From assembly GCA_026025075.1 (NCBI GenBank), contig JAPEUI010000011.1, forward strand, positions 124,001 through 188,000: a stretch of DNA of 64,000 bases, given 5' to 3'. Shown one piece after another: positions 12,401-25,938 of the stretch; the stretch's first letter is position 1, and each line of letters begins with the position of its first letter. The notes under the pieces were generated by a model. The model did no database searches. It was not told the DNA's origin and saw only the letters and a program-made list of their open reading frames with translations. The DNA is from Vezdaea acicularis (taxonomy: Eukaryota). A program made the translations under genes and the position numbers.

Positions 12401-12738
12401 ATTCTCGCGTTGATATGCTGGCATATTGATATGACCTAGAAGCAATGCCAGCGCATTAGTCCCAAACATCATGGTCCAATAAGTATGCCATCATCTGCAG
12501 CCGAAGGATATGCCATGACCGCCCAAACATCATGAAACTATTGTGCGTAGATCTGTGTAGATGAGAAATGAGCTACCTTATTTCGTACTGCAAGATGCTC
12601 ACTGGCACACTTAAGCAACAAAGGGACTAAATATGTCTTCAAGACTAGCTCTAACTTTGCGTCAGAGTCTGCTAGGGCTATACGAAGCTCAACTTTGGAT
12701 AGCAGACTGAGCTCCTTCGCCTCTGACGTGCCTGACAT
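6414..12738 (-). CDS. ECM29: Proteasome adaptor/scaffold Ecm29 (HEAT repeats), multi-exon
   Basis: N-terminus MSGTSEAKELSLLSKVELRIALADSDAKLE..YLVPLLLKCASEHLAVRNKV. The 1284-aa exon has YKFMSLA, LFRYRFDPN and KEWRMRQASC motifs. Further exons are bounded by GT/AG down to TAA at 6414. Confidence 0.95.
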
Positions 12739-13422
12739 TGGTATAGTTGATACGATGATCGTGAGATAAAGAGAAGGCTATGATACAAACGGCAGTTTTG
12801 TATTTGAAGCTACTTTAGACTGGCCGGTGAGTGACATTTATCTTGAATAATATTCAATAATTGTTTATATTAGACATAAGTGCCTGAAATAGCTTAAGGC
12901 AAATGTCAGCGAAGCGCCCATTCGCTCTGGTTACTGAGTCTTACAAAAGGTCCAGCAACTTCTCTCAAAAGTCTCCCCCATAACAGAGTTCTAAAATGTA
13001 TTGAGGACTGAACAGATTTCTAAATTGGTTGAGCAGATGATCCTGACGGAATTTACAGCTCTTAATTAGGACGAAGTAAATCGTAAGTTGATTGGGCAGT
13101 GTTTAAAGTTATAGTGTTGCCTCGCGTATTGGTACTCCAGGCAGAACAAGATGACGCCTTGTATACACCCAGAGCCGATTTCTCACCATAAATTGACCAG
13201 GCAATAATAAGATCACCTAAGAGTTCAACACAGGTTCTTACACCCTCACTACTCAGCTCGCATATGATGCGTGGATATTGCTCTAGTGGCGCTTTCTGAT
13301 GCCGCACATGAAGCAGGCCATTGCAATGCGTTCGACTCTTCTCTCTTAATCGCTACAACGCCGCTTCTATGATCTTTCGCCGAGACTCTCTATATCTTCG
13401 CTTCTCTTAGTGAGACCTAGAA

Positions 13423-13431
13423 AGTGGCAAA
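13423..13431 (+). promoter_or_regulatory. PACE-like (Rpn4-type) element AGTGGCAAA in the ECM29/UBX divergent promoter
   Basis: One mismatch to the yeast PACE GGTGGCAAA, located between two head-to-head proteostasis genes. Confidence 0.35.
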
Positions 13432-13666
13432 CACTAGTGAACCTTCAATTCACCTTACAAAACCCAGTCTTTTTCTTCTGCATCTTTTCGAGGGGGCGCT
13501 AATCAAACCTGCAAACACATCTTGGGCTCGCTCTCGTTGAACACGTTTGTTCATAAGGGCCTATTTCGACCCACCTTTCCTACCTTTCTTTACTTCGGAC
13601 ACCTTCCCATCTTCTCCTTCATCCCCGATCACCACCCTCTGAAAATCTTCGAGCTAGCACCTTAAC

Positions 13667-15463
13667 ATGGACGAAGCGGTGGAGCAATTTGTGGCATTTA
13701 CTGGAGCTACTCCAGAGCAAGCTCGGCAATATCTTCGTGTATCTGATGGAGACGCTCAACAAGCTATTCAACTTTATTTTGATACTGGGGGTATAGATTT
13801 AGAAAGCCAAGATTCTGCTGCCGCCTCAACGCTGCCAGTGTCTCAAGGAAATCGAGAGATATCGTCACCGTCTGCCAACTCAGAAAGGACAGGGCGTCAA
13901 CGACTTTTGAGTCTTGATTCTGATGATGAGCTGGTACCTGACGTCGACGATAAGGATGATGAGGTAGTCATAACGGGGGAGAGGCCAGTTAACCCTTCTG
14001 CACGCACTGCCGCTTCGACCGCTACCGGACGAACACATCACAATGGGGGCATGACTGATGACGAGGCGATGGCGAGAAGACTTCAAGAAGAACTTTATGC
14101 TGGTGCTGAACGATCCGTTGGATTTGATGATGATGGAGTCCGGGCACCTATCCAGCGACATACAGAGACATTAGTTGGGCCAGGTGCGGATTATGGACCC
14201 GACGATATGAGGGCTGCGGTTGAGGCGCAAATGGCAACACGAAGGAGATTACAAGGTAAGTGTATGCCGCGATCACTTTCTAAGCCCTTTCATTCTAGGA
14301 TCTTCGAACTTTAGGCTACTATAGAGCGGGCTAATATAATGTCAGGCGGGCGGGCAGGTATATTCAATCAGCGGCCTACACCCCCGTCAGTCTGGGACAG
14401 CCCCCAAGCCGACCCGACTGCTCGTCGTCAACATCTGGCTCAAGCAACTGGGGGGGCTTCAGAAGCATCCTCGAAGGCATCTGCTTTAGCCGAAATGTAT
14501 CGACCACCTCATGAACTCATGTCTCACTTACCTTGGGACGATGCGAGAGAGCAAGGCAAAGAGTCGGAAAAGTGGATCCTTGTAAATGTCCAGGACTCAG
14601 CCGTGTTTGATTGCCAGCTTCTTAATCGAGACATCTGGAAGCATCATGAAATAAAAGGAACAGTGAAGGAGAATTTCATCTTCATGCAGTATGAAAAAAT
14701 GGATCCGCGAGGAAGTCAGTATGTCCAGTACTACTTTCAAGATCGAGACAACCAAGACGCATACCCCCATATAGCCATCGTCGACCCCAGAACTGGTGAA
14801 CAGGTAAAAGTGTGGTCTGGGCCGCCTGGTCCAAAGCCTATGGAATTCTTAATGCAGCTGCATGAGTTTCTCGACCGATATAGCCTCAAAGCAAATGCAA
14901 GAAACCCAGTGGCGACTAGGAAGCTTGAGAAGAAGAAAACAGTGGACGTAGACCGAATGACAGAAGAAGAGATGCTGGAAATGGCGCTGCAAAACAGCAT
15001 GGATCCGAATTCTCTTTTGAACAAGAAGAGTCAAGGGTTTGACCCTGACACTTTGACTAAAGCTGCGAGACAAGGAACTCCTATCTCTGTCAAGGATAGT
15101 CCCAGAAGTATGGATTTGGCTGGAGAGAAGCCTACCAATGGAGAGGGCAGTAGTACAACACAATTGAAGACTCCGTTCTCCTTGATAACGTCTTCACGTC
15201 CACATGAGGAGCCGGCCAATGGGCCCTCTACGACACGCATTCAGTTCCGACATCCTGATGGACGAATTATACGAAGATTTCATTTATTTGACCCTGTGCG
15301 GAGGATATATGAGTGGCTGAAGGCAGAACCGTTGGAGGGGAAGGTTGGAATGGAGTTCCAGCTCACATGCATGGGAGCGAACTTAATGGAGCAGGTTGAG
15401 CTAAGCATTGAAGAGGCTGGCTTGAAGAACCAAACGGTCATGGTTGAATTCGTTGAGGAATAA
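13667..15463 (+). CDS. UBA-UAS-UIM-UBX domain Cdc48 adaptor (Ubx5/UBXN7-like)
   Basis: N-terminal UBA-like region (FVAFTGA..A.QYL), UAS region (KWILVNVQD..FDCQLLNRDIW), UIM (MTEEEMLEMALQNS) and C-terminal UBX (TRIQFRHPDGRIIRRF). Intron 14256-14345. Confidence 0.92.
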
Positions 15464-16871
15464 GGGCGCAGCGGCATTGCAAATTGATCGGATGGCGTTC
15501 AGACATCATGGATGGGCAGCGCTTATTTCAGAAATCTTTGTTCCAGAAATCTTACGCCTTGGCTCCTTGGGAAAGGAAGCTCGTACGTAGAGTAGACACG
15601 CAGTAACCTCATTTACTTTCATACTAGTTCACTTACGTGAAGCATGCAAGCTGCCCGGTAATGCGTTACTGCCAGTGTATAACGCGTAAGCCACACAAGA
15701 AAGTCGACGGCACAATCAAAGGATAGAAATTGATTAGGTTGCATTTCCATTTCATGTAAGGTGCTAGATCTTCAGGAAACGCAATAGTCTACGAGGTACA
15801 ACACCATTGCCATTGTGCTGAAACCGGGTCTTAACCAGGTACCATTGTTTGATTGGTTATGGAGCAATGTCTGCATCCTACTGGTTCGGTAGAGGGCCAA
15901 TGAAATAGGAATATCCTTGTTTGGAATTGGTGATTGGCTGACATTCCCTCCCACTTATTTCCCTTTCGCCATCTTTAAATCATGTTGTCCCTGATGTTCT
16001 TGCACATCATCTAGAATAGCAAAAGCCCCTTCTCAGCCCTCTTCTCGTCCAATGTGAGAAATGATTATCTCTTATGCGTACAACGAGGAGTCAAGGGGGG
16101 AGCACTTTGTAAACTCATGTGGCCTAAAGCGGCATTTGTACCCAGAAGCCCCCATACGTTGAAAGACCCTCTGTACGTGACTTAGCAACTTTCCCATAGA
16201 TCTTTTCCGTTTAAAGTGGCTGAAGGGCCATCATTCCGACTTTTAGAGAAAGGACCACTTTATGCAGCGGACTTGATGGTACCATTTCAAGAAGACACTT
16301 TCCTCACTACTTATAGTTCTGAATTTGAGCCACGTTGTGAACATATTGGCTACGAGATGTTGGATTTAATCTCAATTCAGTAGGCTGCATGTACGAGGTA
16401 TGAAGGTATGGGGAAGAATTGTTGGTGGTCCAACCATTCCATGCTCGCTTCTTCGCTTCACTCGTGTAAGGAGTAAATAATCCGCTTGAAGAAGGCCTCG
16501 AAAAGGCGGCCACATCCCCATTTGTAAGTAACAACAGTCCCAAATCAACAGGCAGATTTAGGTGCCTTCCCATCCCAAAAATTGGAATTTACAAATCCGT
16601 TCCCCTGTCTCGTTCTTGAACAATCTTCGGAAGGAACAACCAAACCTCCAAAGCACGATATCAACGAACAGCCCTTTTACACTCGACTTAGGCAGACAGT
16701 CCAAGCCAGACATTCTAATCACCACATATGACCGATAGTAGTCGCAAGACCCTGTAGAGACCAACTACTGCGCTCTTCTCTATCACAGCCACCCCGCGCG
16801 TCAACTCAACCCGCCCCTCCAAGCAATCAAACGAGTTGTTCCACATATTAGCCGGCAAAAGCAGGTCTACA

Positions 16872-19232
16872 ATGGACACAGGCGGAGTAGTAGATCCGGA
16901 GAGTATATACACAAAGCAGAATTGCATTGGTACAATGCCAAGTTTGAAACTTGAAGAGCCTCCTGCTAATGCCGTCACATTGTCTAGGGGGAGGAAGCTT
17001 CGGCAAGGTCTATAAAGGGTACGGTTGATCTCCTGTTGGACTACAATTTCATTGGTCTAATTCGAGGGTCTTAGAGTGGATAAACGAACCGGCCAATCCG
17101 TAGCTATCAAGGTCATCGATGTGGAGAATGCAGAGGACGAAGTCGAGGACATCATTCAAGAGATATCGATCCTCTCCGAGCTCAGCTCCCCATTTGTTAC
17201 CAAATATCACGGGTCATTCCTGAAGGGGTCAGACCTATGGATCATAATGGAGTTCTGCTCTGGTGGGAGCTGTGGGGATCTGATGAAGCCAGGCCTCATT
17301 GCTGAAGACTATATAACGATTATTATGCGGGAGCTCCTTATGGGTCTCGAATACCTACATGCAGACAAGAAGCTACATAGAGATATAAAAGGTGAGAATT
17401 GGTGTTGATTCTATGAGATTGTCGCCTCTGTCACCTGCTAAAACGATTGCGCAGCTGCAAACGTCCTTCTAAGCTCCAACGGTCAAGTCAAGTTGGCTGA
17501 CTTCGGCGTTTCTGGTCAACTGTCCGCCACAATGACTAAGAAGAACACCTTCGTCGGCACTCCTTTCTGGATGGCCCCAGAAGTGATCAAGCAATCTGGC
17601 TATGACCACAAGGCCGATATCTGGTCCCTCGGAATTACAGCGCTGGAGTTAGCTAAAGGCGAGCCACCCTACGCCGACATCCATCCAATGAAAGTATTAT
17701 TCCTTATACCAAAGAACCCTCCGCCAACACTAGAGGGTAATTTTACGCGGGCCTTCAAAGATTTTATTGAGCTTTGTCTAAGAAAGGACCCGAGGGAAAG
17801 GCCGACAGCCAAGGAGCTTCTCCGCCACCCCTTTATTAGAAGGGCGAAAAAAACTACGTATCTGACGGAACTCATCGAACGGCATGAGCGATGGGCAGCT
17901 GTGCATGCAAATCGGGACTCCGAAGACGAAGACGATGGGTCATACGCAAATGATCAGGAACAAAAACTACACGACGAAGATCTATGGGACTTTGGGACGG
18001 TTAGGCCAGTCGGAGGTGTGAAACACAACGGGCTCAAGGCTATGAATGATGCAGCTGCTAACGCTCGCTCGCTTGCGACGGAAGAGCATTCAAACAAACC
18101 TACTGCACCGCAAACCTCAAGATTGAGGGTAGATGTCGGAAACAACAGTAGAGATTCTGGCTACGGCGAAACGGTAAAGGCTTCTGACTCTCCCAGGACA
18201 TCACAAGGGCCGCCATCCCCTGTTAGGAAGCCGGTTGCTTCCTTAGCAGTTTTGAGCCCTGGTGCTGCTGCAAAGATTCCACTCCCCCCATCACCAGCAA
18301 AGCCATTTCGAATGGGCCAAGCACCCGAAACTCCAAAGAGGGTATTGGAGGCAGAAATTCCTATGGCGTCAACACCAGGCTCATCCGATTATGACAAGCT
18401 CCTACAGCAATCGCTAGCAAAGGAAATGGGCTTCTTGAACCTTGATGGAAGTCCATCAAACAAGAAGGCCCAAATTCAAAACCAAAGACCAGCTCAGAAA
18501 AGTCCACAAGCTGCCTTGAAAGCTTCACCACAACTATCCCAGGCTATCAACCTCCAGCCAATCCCTCCCTTCCAGGGCAAGCCATTGGCCAAACCGCTCA
18601 AAGAGCTCCCTGCACAACCAACCAACATCCGGCACCAGCCCCAGCAACCCCCGCCAGCCTTCACTCCTCAGCAGCCCTTACCAGCCTTCGATCCTAAATC
18701 AGCTGCAAGCTTCGCCCCACCCCTTCAGCCTGCGAAACCACCAAGTAAAGACACGAATCTTCCCTCATCCCGAACCTCCCTCGAATCTAACCTCTCCGCT
18801 GCCTCCACCCCTCCCACCCACCAGAGCAGCCCCACCACCGAGCTAACAGCCTTGAATTCCGTCCTAATCCCCGCCCTCGAAGCCTCGCTCCACCGCCGGA
18901 CATATCATCTCAACCGCCCGCTCCCGAGCGCATCCAACCCCAACACCGCCACCAACACCAACGGCACCAACCCCACCGACCCCAAACTCACCAAGCCCAC
19001 CCCCACCACAGCCGACGCCCAAGCACAAGCCCAACTGCAACATACCCGGCAGCGCGCGCACGACAAGATCAAGAAGCTCGTCATCAAGGCCGCCGGCATC
19101 TTCCGCGACATCGAGGAGTGGGACCGTCAATACCCCGTCGGTATGGGTGGGGAGATTAACGGCTTCCTCGAGGGCTTTTTGGAGGAGATGCTCGTGCGCA
19201 TCGATGCTGAGGAGGAGGCTGTGGGGAAATGA
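16872..19232 (+). CDS. Ste20/GCK-family serine/threonine kinase (STK24/MST3-like)
   Basis: Spliced kinase domain with [25 protein letters not shown] and [10 protein letters not shown] (Ste20 signature), then a Pro/Gln-rich tail. Three short 5' introns. Confidence 0.93.
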
Positions 19233-20198
19233 TTGATGCGAAGACATCAATATAAGTGAAAGGCAGGAGTCGGCTGGTCGTTGCATTTATCTCTCAGCAG
19301 AGAAGAGAGCGAGCTGTCTGCGTGTGTCTCACAGGTGTATGCATACTCTCCCTGGCGTTGTTTTTTGCTTTCTTTCTCTCTTTGCTGGGCGGCATTGCGA
19401 GGGGATCGATCAGTCGGCGAGGGGATGGGCCGGCATGGCTTCTTCTTCTTCTGGGTACTGTAGGAGCTTGGTTGGTCGGTTGTCGTGCGCATGGAATAGA
19501 GAATTGTGTCTCTGTTATATTATATATATCGCACACGTCCTCCCAAAACCTTCCCAATGCATTTACTCACTTACTTATACCCACCGAACCGCCGAGCGAG
19601 GCAAGCACGAATGAGAGCCTCGATGGGAATAGAGTATTATATTGACGCGGTGCCGTACCATACCATACCATACCACAACGTAACATACCATCCAATCAAG
19701 GAAGCAGAAGTAAAAAAGAGAAGAGCCCAATCTTTTTATTGTGAAGTGGCTTTCTTCCTAGCCTGCCGTGAGACATTCATTCCTAGTCTAGAGAAAGTGC
19801 GAAGGGGAACAAAAAAAGGACGAGACAGGAAAGACGAGCACTGAACGAGCCGCAGTTACCGCCGCCGCCTAAGAAAAGTGTGTGTGTGTGAGCATGCAAG
19901 AGAGTCAAAGCCAATCGAGCGGACCGATCCCAAGAAAACAAGAAAGGGCAGACGAGCAAAGAAAAAGCCCTATTCCAGCTCTCCGTCCCATCCAAAACAA
20001 GGAATTCTCGCCCTTCAAGATTTTTTATTCAAAGTGCCGATCGCCGTATATTTTTCCTCCTTGCGAACACCTGCCCCCAAAAAGCCCGTGTAATACCTAT
20101 CCAACCACCTTAACAAAAAAAAAAAAAAGAAAAACGCCCAGCACGCCCCACACAGACGCAGACGCATACCCCCAGAATAAATCCCGCCGCGTCTGGTT

Positions 20199-21608
20199 TT
20201 AATCGTCATTTTCATAGTCCTCGCGATTACTCAGGGCCTTGGGCCCGTCCTTGCGGATGGGGATCTTGATGCCTTGGGTGGCGAAGCATTTGCTGAGGCT
20301 GGTGCTCTCGATGACGCCGGGGAACTTCTTGGCGGAGAAGACTTGGAACATGTCCGAGTAGGTGGAGGCCAGGACAGGAGCGCTGCCTTGGTTTAGTTGC
20401 GAGCCGCTGCCGACGTTTACGAAGTTGAGTTTAAGTCTGTGGGGGAGTGGGTTTGTTAGTTGATTGGGCGGTGGGGTATGGAAGGGCATGGTTGGAAAGG
20501 AGGGGAGGATATGGCTTACCGGAAGCTGCCTTCTGTCCTGACGGAGAGGTCTTGGAGGATAAACCAAACGCCGATCTTGTTGTCGGGGTCAGTCAGTTTG
20601 AAGGCACTAGCGCTAAGGCTGCCGATTAGATTCCTGGTGAACATGCCTGAGGGCTGCCCCTGTGGCTGTGCCGTCATAGTAGTCATTGGTCGAGGGTAAG
20701 AGTATCCATTGCTTTGCATAGGTGCAGCGGGTGCCATAGGGCCATTTGATATAGGTCCGTGGTTGTAATAGCCGGGTTGGGACGGGGGAGGGGGCGGTGC
20801 GTATCCGTTCTGGTGGTGGCCGATCGGTTGGCCATACTGGTTCAAGTATTGTTGTGGCTGGTAGTAGGCACTCTGAGGAGACGGTTCTGGTGGGGGTGGA
20901 TAAGAAGACGAAGTTGCGGCAGAGATAGAAGGAGATGTGGCAGAGTGTCGGACCAGGTTGACTTCCCGATTGCCGTCGGCGGACCACAGATCTACCGTGA
21001 GAACAAAGAAAGAAGTGTCCACCTCGCTATTAGTCTCAAGTCAGCATTGACTCGAGCAAAGCAGTATCTGTTCGTCTATGTCGAACATGAAATGCACAGG
21101 GAGCGCCCTCAGATGTGCCGTAGCAAGATATACAGCAGGCAAACATACTTGATGTCAACTTCTTTGCCTGTGGCCTTGTCTCTGACGATGAGCCTTACGC
21201 ACGGAGGTGGAGTGATGGGTCGACGGTCCTGCAGACTCCCGTTAGTCTTGATCAAAAATCAGCAAAGCTAGAGCATTCCAACGCAGTGTACCTTATCGCC
21301 AAAGCCGCACATGCGTGCCCGAACTGGTTGCTGGACCACATCAAGACTTTGATGAAGCAAGACCTGTCAGCTACCATGACTGGATATCTGGTTTTCGGGA
21401 CTCCTGCTCACAAGTACGTTTTCCCATCCACAGTGGTAGACACTGGCGGCGGTGGTCCGCTTGAACGCTCGGTGAGGCTTGGTAGCACAGCAGGCGGAGA
21501 TGTGGTGCTCATCAAGTAGGTAGAGTCCCCGTTCTGGGTCAAACGGGTGGTCGACATCGGTCTTTGAGCTTGCGAAGATTGTCCTTGTCCTCCTGGGGCA
21601 ACAAACAT
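20199..21608 (-). CDS. velB: Velvet complex subunit B
   Basis: Spliced velvet domain VVQQPVRARMCGFGDKDRRPITPPPC, interrupted by a Pro/Gln/Tyr-rich insert, then FTRNLIGSLSASAFKL..GVWFILQDLSVRTEG.FRL and FQVFSAKKFPGVIEST.LSKCFA.QGIKIPIRKD. The split velvet domain is typical of VelB. Four introns. Confidence 0.95.
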
Positions 21609-22981
21609 GGTAATGGGAAGAGCAGGACGGGCGGGTTTGGAATTTATACTTGAGAGAACCCAACGGATAGAGATACTCGTGGCAGGACTAAGGAATGTAA
21701 CAATCGCCGTCCAGGCATGTGTTAATGAAAGATGTGGTGCAGCTGCAGCTCGATGACACAATGGAGTCACGGACGTTCAAACACCACCCTGAGATCATGA
21801 AGGCAGATTGTAGTAAGTTAGCTGGTGGGGTAAAGAAGAGCTGTTGATCCATGCGGTCTTTGTGAGGTTAGGTCGAGTAACGCTTGGTTGAGCTGTGCGC
21901 CAATCTTGACCAATCGTTGACCCGGAGCTCGCGTTAGCGGCGGAGCACATGTACGACCGTCGAAGCCAGACGTTGTCTTGGCTTACAGATGCCATCAAAC
22001 TCGACGGTGTTACGGCACTTTCCCAGCACTGCATTGATCACCGACCCATCTGCACGAATCCTTCTCTCTGGTACCTTTTCGCGACGCCACCGCAGACATT
22101 AGGTAGCGGTCCGAGCCATGAGTGAATACCGGTTGGAACAGGCTGGGGAAAAAAACGTCGAGAAAGGCTCTGGCCTGGTACACGGATTGCCCCGCGTTTG
22201 ACGGTGGGGGGGTCCTAGACCTGGTAACTAAACCCGTTCGAGCGGTAGGCGGGCGCGTCTGCAGCTTCGCGCCGAGAAAAAATATTCGCAGTTAGAGCGA
22301 TAAAATGCGTCTCCGTCCAGATGAGCCACGGTTCCCCTGCGTCGTGGGCAACGTCACGAATCGACATATACGTTGAATCGGTCATTGGTCCCGTTGCGGC
22401 TTCGACCGTTTTGAGAGGCTTGCGCGGGCGGTCTGCGTTAATTACCCAGTAGAATATTGCCTATCTGGCGTCCTGCGACGCGAAGCATGAGAATCTATCG
22501 TGCGAATGCATCTACTGCACACCGATGCGTCTACAGAGACCTAGGTTTGAGCTGAGTTGGTTCTTTGGGCATGCAGCTCGAAAGGGACCAGGCACGCTTG
22601 AAGAATTCTGCACCCCCCCCGGTCTCCTCATTTCCGCCACGACCGACGGCGCTTTGCTTTCTCCAACTTAACGGGAACCTCACCCTCAAAGCGGACGTCG
22701 ATCTCGATCCTTAACGACGACCCTTTTCTTTTGTGCTTTGCGCAGAGTTCATCGGTGATGGTTATAAAAATTTTAGATACAGGGTCATAAGGTAAGAAGA
22801 GCAGCTTCCCGCGCCCAACGCCGTCAAAGTCAGCCCGCGGAAATTCACGCCAAGTACCGCTAAACCATGCGGATGATGTACTTTTAACGTCCCGTAGAAA
22901 ATCAAGTGAACCCCATTGGCGATGCATTGAATCAAGTTGTGGTTGTTTGATGATGCTCCCATACCTCCTACCGCGACGCCG

Positions 22982-23705
22982 CTACAGCTTCTTCCGGCGG
23001 CCGAATAACAGCTCCTTGCCCTTGTCGGCCCATCCCCGATAGTCCATCTTCGTGTGGTCCACGGGTGCTTCGTCGAGGTGCGAAAGCTCCCACCTCAGCC
23101 TCTCCTGCTTCGCCGCGAGAATCTCGGCGTCGCTCGGTTTTGTCGGGTTCACAGCGCCACCTAGATCAGGAGCGATTGCTCGTCAGCCTTGATTTGAATA
23201 TTCGGGGGTTTGCCCTAGCATGCCCCCGACAGTAGCATCCAGTGCCGTGTCTTTACACACCTCGACCTAGTGGCCAGTTGCTATTTGAAGACCCCTCGGA
23301 CGTCGATGGTCGCTCTTGAACGTAGATATTGTGTAGATCCGACGTATTCCTCGCCTCCTTCACCTCGCCTTTTGCCAGATTGCCGCTTGAGCCCCCATGA
23401 CTGCTGCTTGCGTAGAGTTTGTCCTTGGCATTCGTCGGATAGAAGTCTGGAGGGTTGAGTTCTTTGATATCAAAGCCTAGTTTACCCAGAGGCATCGGCG
23501 TGATCAGCCGACGAAAAGATATGATATGAGGTAATGGATGATGGTAAAACGAATTGTGAGCAATACCTGGCCCAGCGCGGCCATGAGTGAGGACGGGAAG
23601 GTCCGATCGCTCCGACTCACGGGAGGCGCGGCGTTTGATCGGACGCATGCGACCTAGGTGTCCTGGCATGACTTGTCGACGCCTGTCAAAGGTGGGAAAA
23701 GTCAT
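22982..23705 (-). CDS. Small hypothetical protein (2 exons; possible third exon beyond the stop)
   Basis: ORF 23705-23253 has donor G|GTGTGT at 23260, branch GCTGAC and acceptor TCTAG at 23161. Exon 2 continues in frame (GAVNPTKPSDAEILAAKQERLRWELSHLDE...RRKKL) to TAG at 22984-22982. The start may be the internal ATG of MPLGKLGFD. Confidence 0.55.
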
Positions 23706-25896
23706 GAACGAGGATGGGAAGCGGAGGATTGATATTAGAAAAGAGGGAAACGAGGAGATGACTGAGGGAATGAGGTCTAGAGCCGGGTCCGTGGCCGGTC
23801 CCTAGGTCGAGTCGAGGATGCGCGGAGGGTGAGAGATATTCAGGCGTTGTTTCCCCACAAATGAGAAGGAATGGACCAGCAGGCGCTCGTAGCACCCGGT
23901 GGGGGCAACCAACTTTATACGACGAGACACGAAAATCCTGACGAGCAGCCGTCCAGGCCCGGGAGGGGCTAAATCTGCGCTATGAAGATACACGAGCACG
24001 CAAGTCGTCAAGCGATATGCCGCTGTGGCCGACATGGAGGCAGGACTGATCGTCTTCGCCCTTGCAACATCGCCAGCTCTAATTCAGACTTCAGACGCCC
24101 CCAGCCCGACTAGGCCATAACGGTCGCGACTAGTCGGCAGGCAGAAAAAGAAAAAGATCGAGGAGGTGACGAATAGAAGGGCGGCCGTTTGCTTCCAAAC
24201 GGCCGGGAAAGGATTCGTGCCTCCTTCTAGACTGGAAGAGCGTTCCACATACGAGACGCGCGCGCGCTCGAGGACCGAACATCCTCATTCAAAAGGTGTC
24301 ATCGGCGGGCCTAAAGGCGCCGGCAAAGCAACGACGAAAGCAAGGACGAAAGCAACCGAGATGGCCGGGGGGAGTTGGCCGGTACCTCGACTTTGTTTTT
24401 CTCATGGCCGGTCGAGGCTCGCGGATTGACTTCGGTGTGAAGTAATAGCCTTGCTTACCTTGCTTGCCTTGGCTGCCCTACGCGGAGGTGACGGAGACGG
24501 CGCAGCCGATGCGGCGCCAGTGCCTTTGCAAGTGTCCCCCGAAAGTGCCTCGACAATGCGTCTGTCCTCGAAAGGGAGGTGTTTGCGTAGCGCCAAGGCC
24601 GCCAGACGAGAGACATTCGTTGCTTGTTTCTCGCTGCCCCGTCGCTCCGTCGCTTGCATAACGTAACGGAAACCGCGCGATGGCTTCGACGTGCTGCTAG
24701 TCTGCGCTGTCGCCATGTCAGTCAGCTCCCCATGTGCGCCCTCTCTCTCGAGAAATTGCCCGTTCGTGATCAGGTGGATCAGGAGTGCTCCAGCGGGCTG
24801 ACGGAACCTCCGAAGCTGGGACCAAACTCTTGCTCACCATCTCGGCGATGCGTTGCTCGCGAGGAGTGAGGAAGGGCCGAAAAGCAGGAGGAGCTGGACG
24901 GAGGATCGATGTCTCCGCGACGTGATCTTCACTACGCCCAGTCCGCCGCAGAACGGGTACCGACATATCGATGGGCCAGATCTGTGACGACGGTATGTCT
25001 TGAAGGGACGGCAAGCCCCGCGGATGAACCTGCATCAGATGCTAGAGGGCGCCGCTGAGATGGAGGAGCGAGCCAGATGGAAACACAACAATACAACCGT
25101 ACAGCCATACAGCCCAAGGGCGGCCTTCCTGCGGGCGCCGGGCGGTTGTAATGCTGCACTGGATAGGTAACGGATCTGACTGGAGAAGCCAGATAGGCCG
25201 ATTGGGATTTTGCTGAAACACTTGCTGGTGGTAGTAGCGCCGATCAAGCAAATATGAAAAAGATGCAGGAAGGACCTGAAAAAAGTGCGAAAGGTGCCAA
25301 TTGCCAATGACGAGAATTGCTTCTGCCCCACCCAAGCGAAGTCGGTAGCGCCATCGTCCGGCTACTCGATTCATTTGCTATCTGCCAGCCTGACCCCAAC
25401 CAAATGACGGCGACACCCGCAGCATCCAAGCCAGGAGGAGAGGGGGGCCCTCTCACCGATCAGGGGTCGCTGACGGAGTAAAAAGCACATCCTAGCCCCG
25501 GCCGGCGCTGATCGAATCTTGTTGTTGTCCGGACAAGATGACGGGCGTGGCCGACGGAGCAGGACTGAGAATGAGATCCCGCCCCTGACTGGCCAGCAGC
25601 GCCGTCGAGACATATTCTTCTCCGCACTCACTCGGCGGAAGTTAGGGCAGGATGCCAGGCCCTGCGTCTGGCAGGGGACGAGGGCCTCGAGAACATTGAA
25701 GAGGTGTGCTGAGAAGGCCTTCATCGGATTGCCGGGGCGGCCGTGCTCGAGATCCTCCCTTGGAGGCGCTTGGTGGGATCGATGCCTTCGGCCCGTCGCC
25801 AGCACCTGAGACCGCTAGAAGCGAAAATCTGGGGTACATCCCCCGTGCTTCCGATCCTTCACCGCGGCTCATCTTCAAAATAAAGACTCGTCACGG

Positions 25897-25938
25897 TGCG
25901 ATGGGAAGCATGCGATGGGAAGCATGCGATGGGAAGCA
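25897..25938 (+). repeat. 14-bp tandem repeat (TGCGATGGGAAGCA)x3
   Basis: Three perfect copies read directly. Confidence 0.9.

Noticed and set aside
19240..20198. ORFs and simple repeats (CCATA, TG, poly-A) between the kinase and velB
   Set aside because: Low-complexity convergent 3'-UTR/terminator region; ORFs are compositionally spurious.
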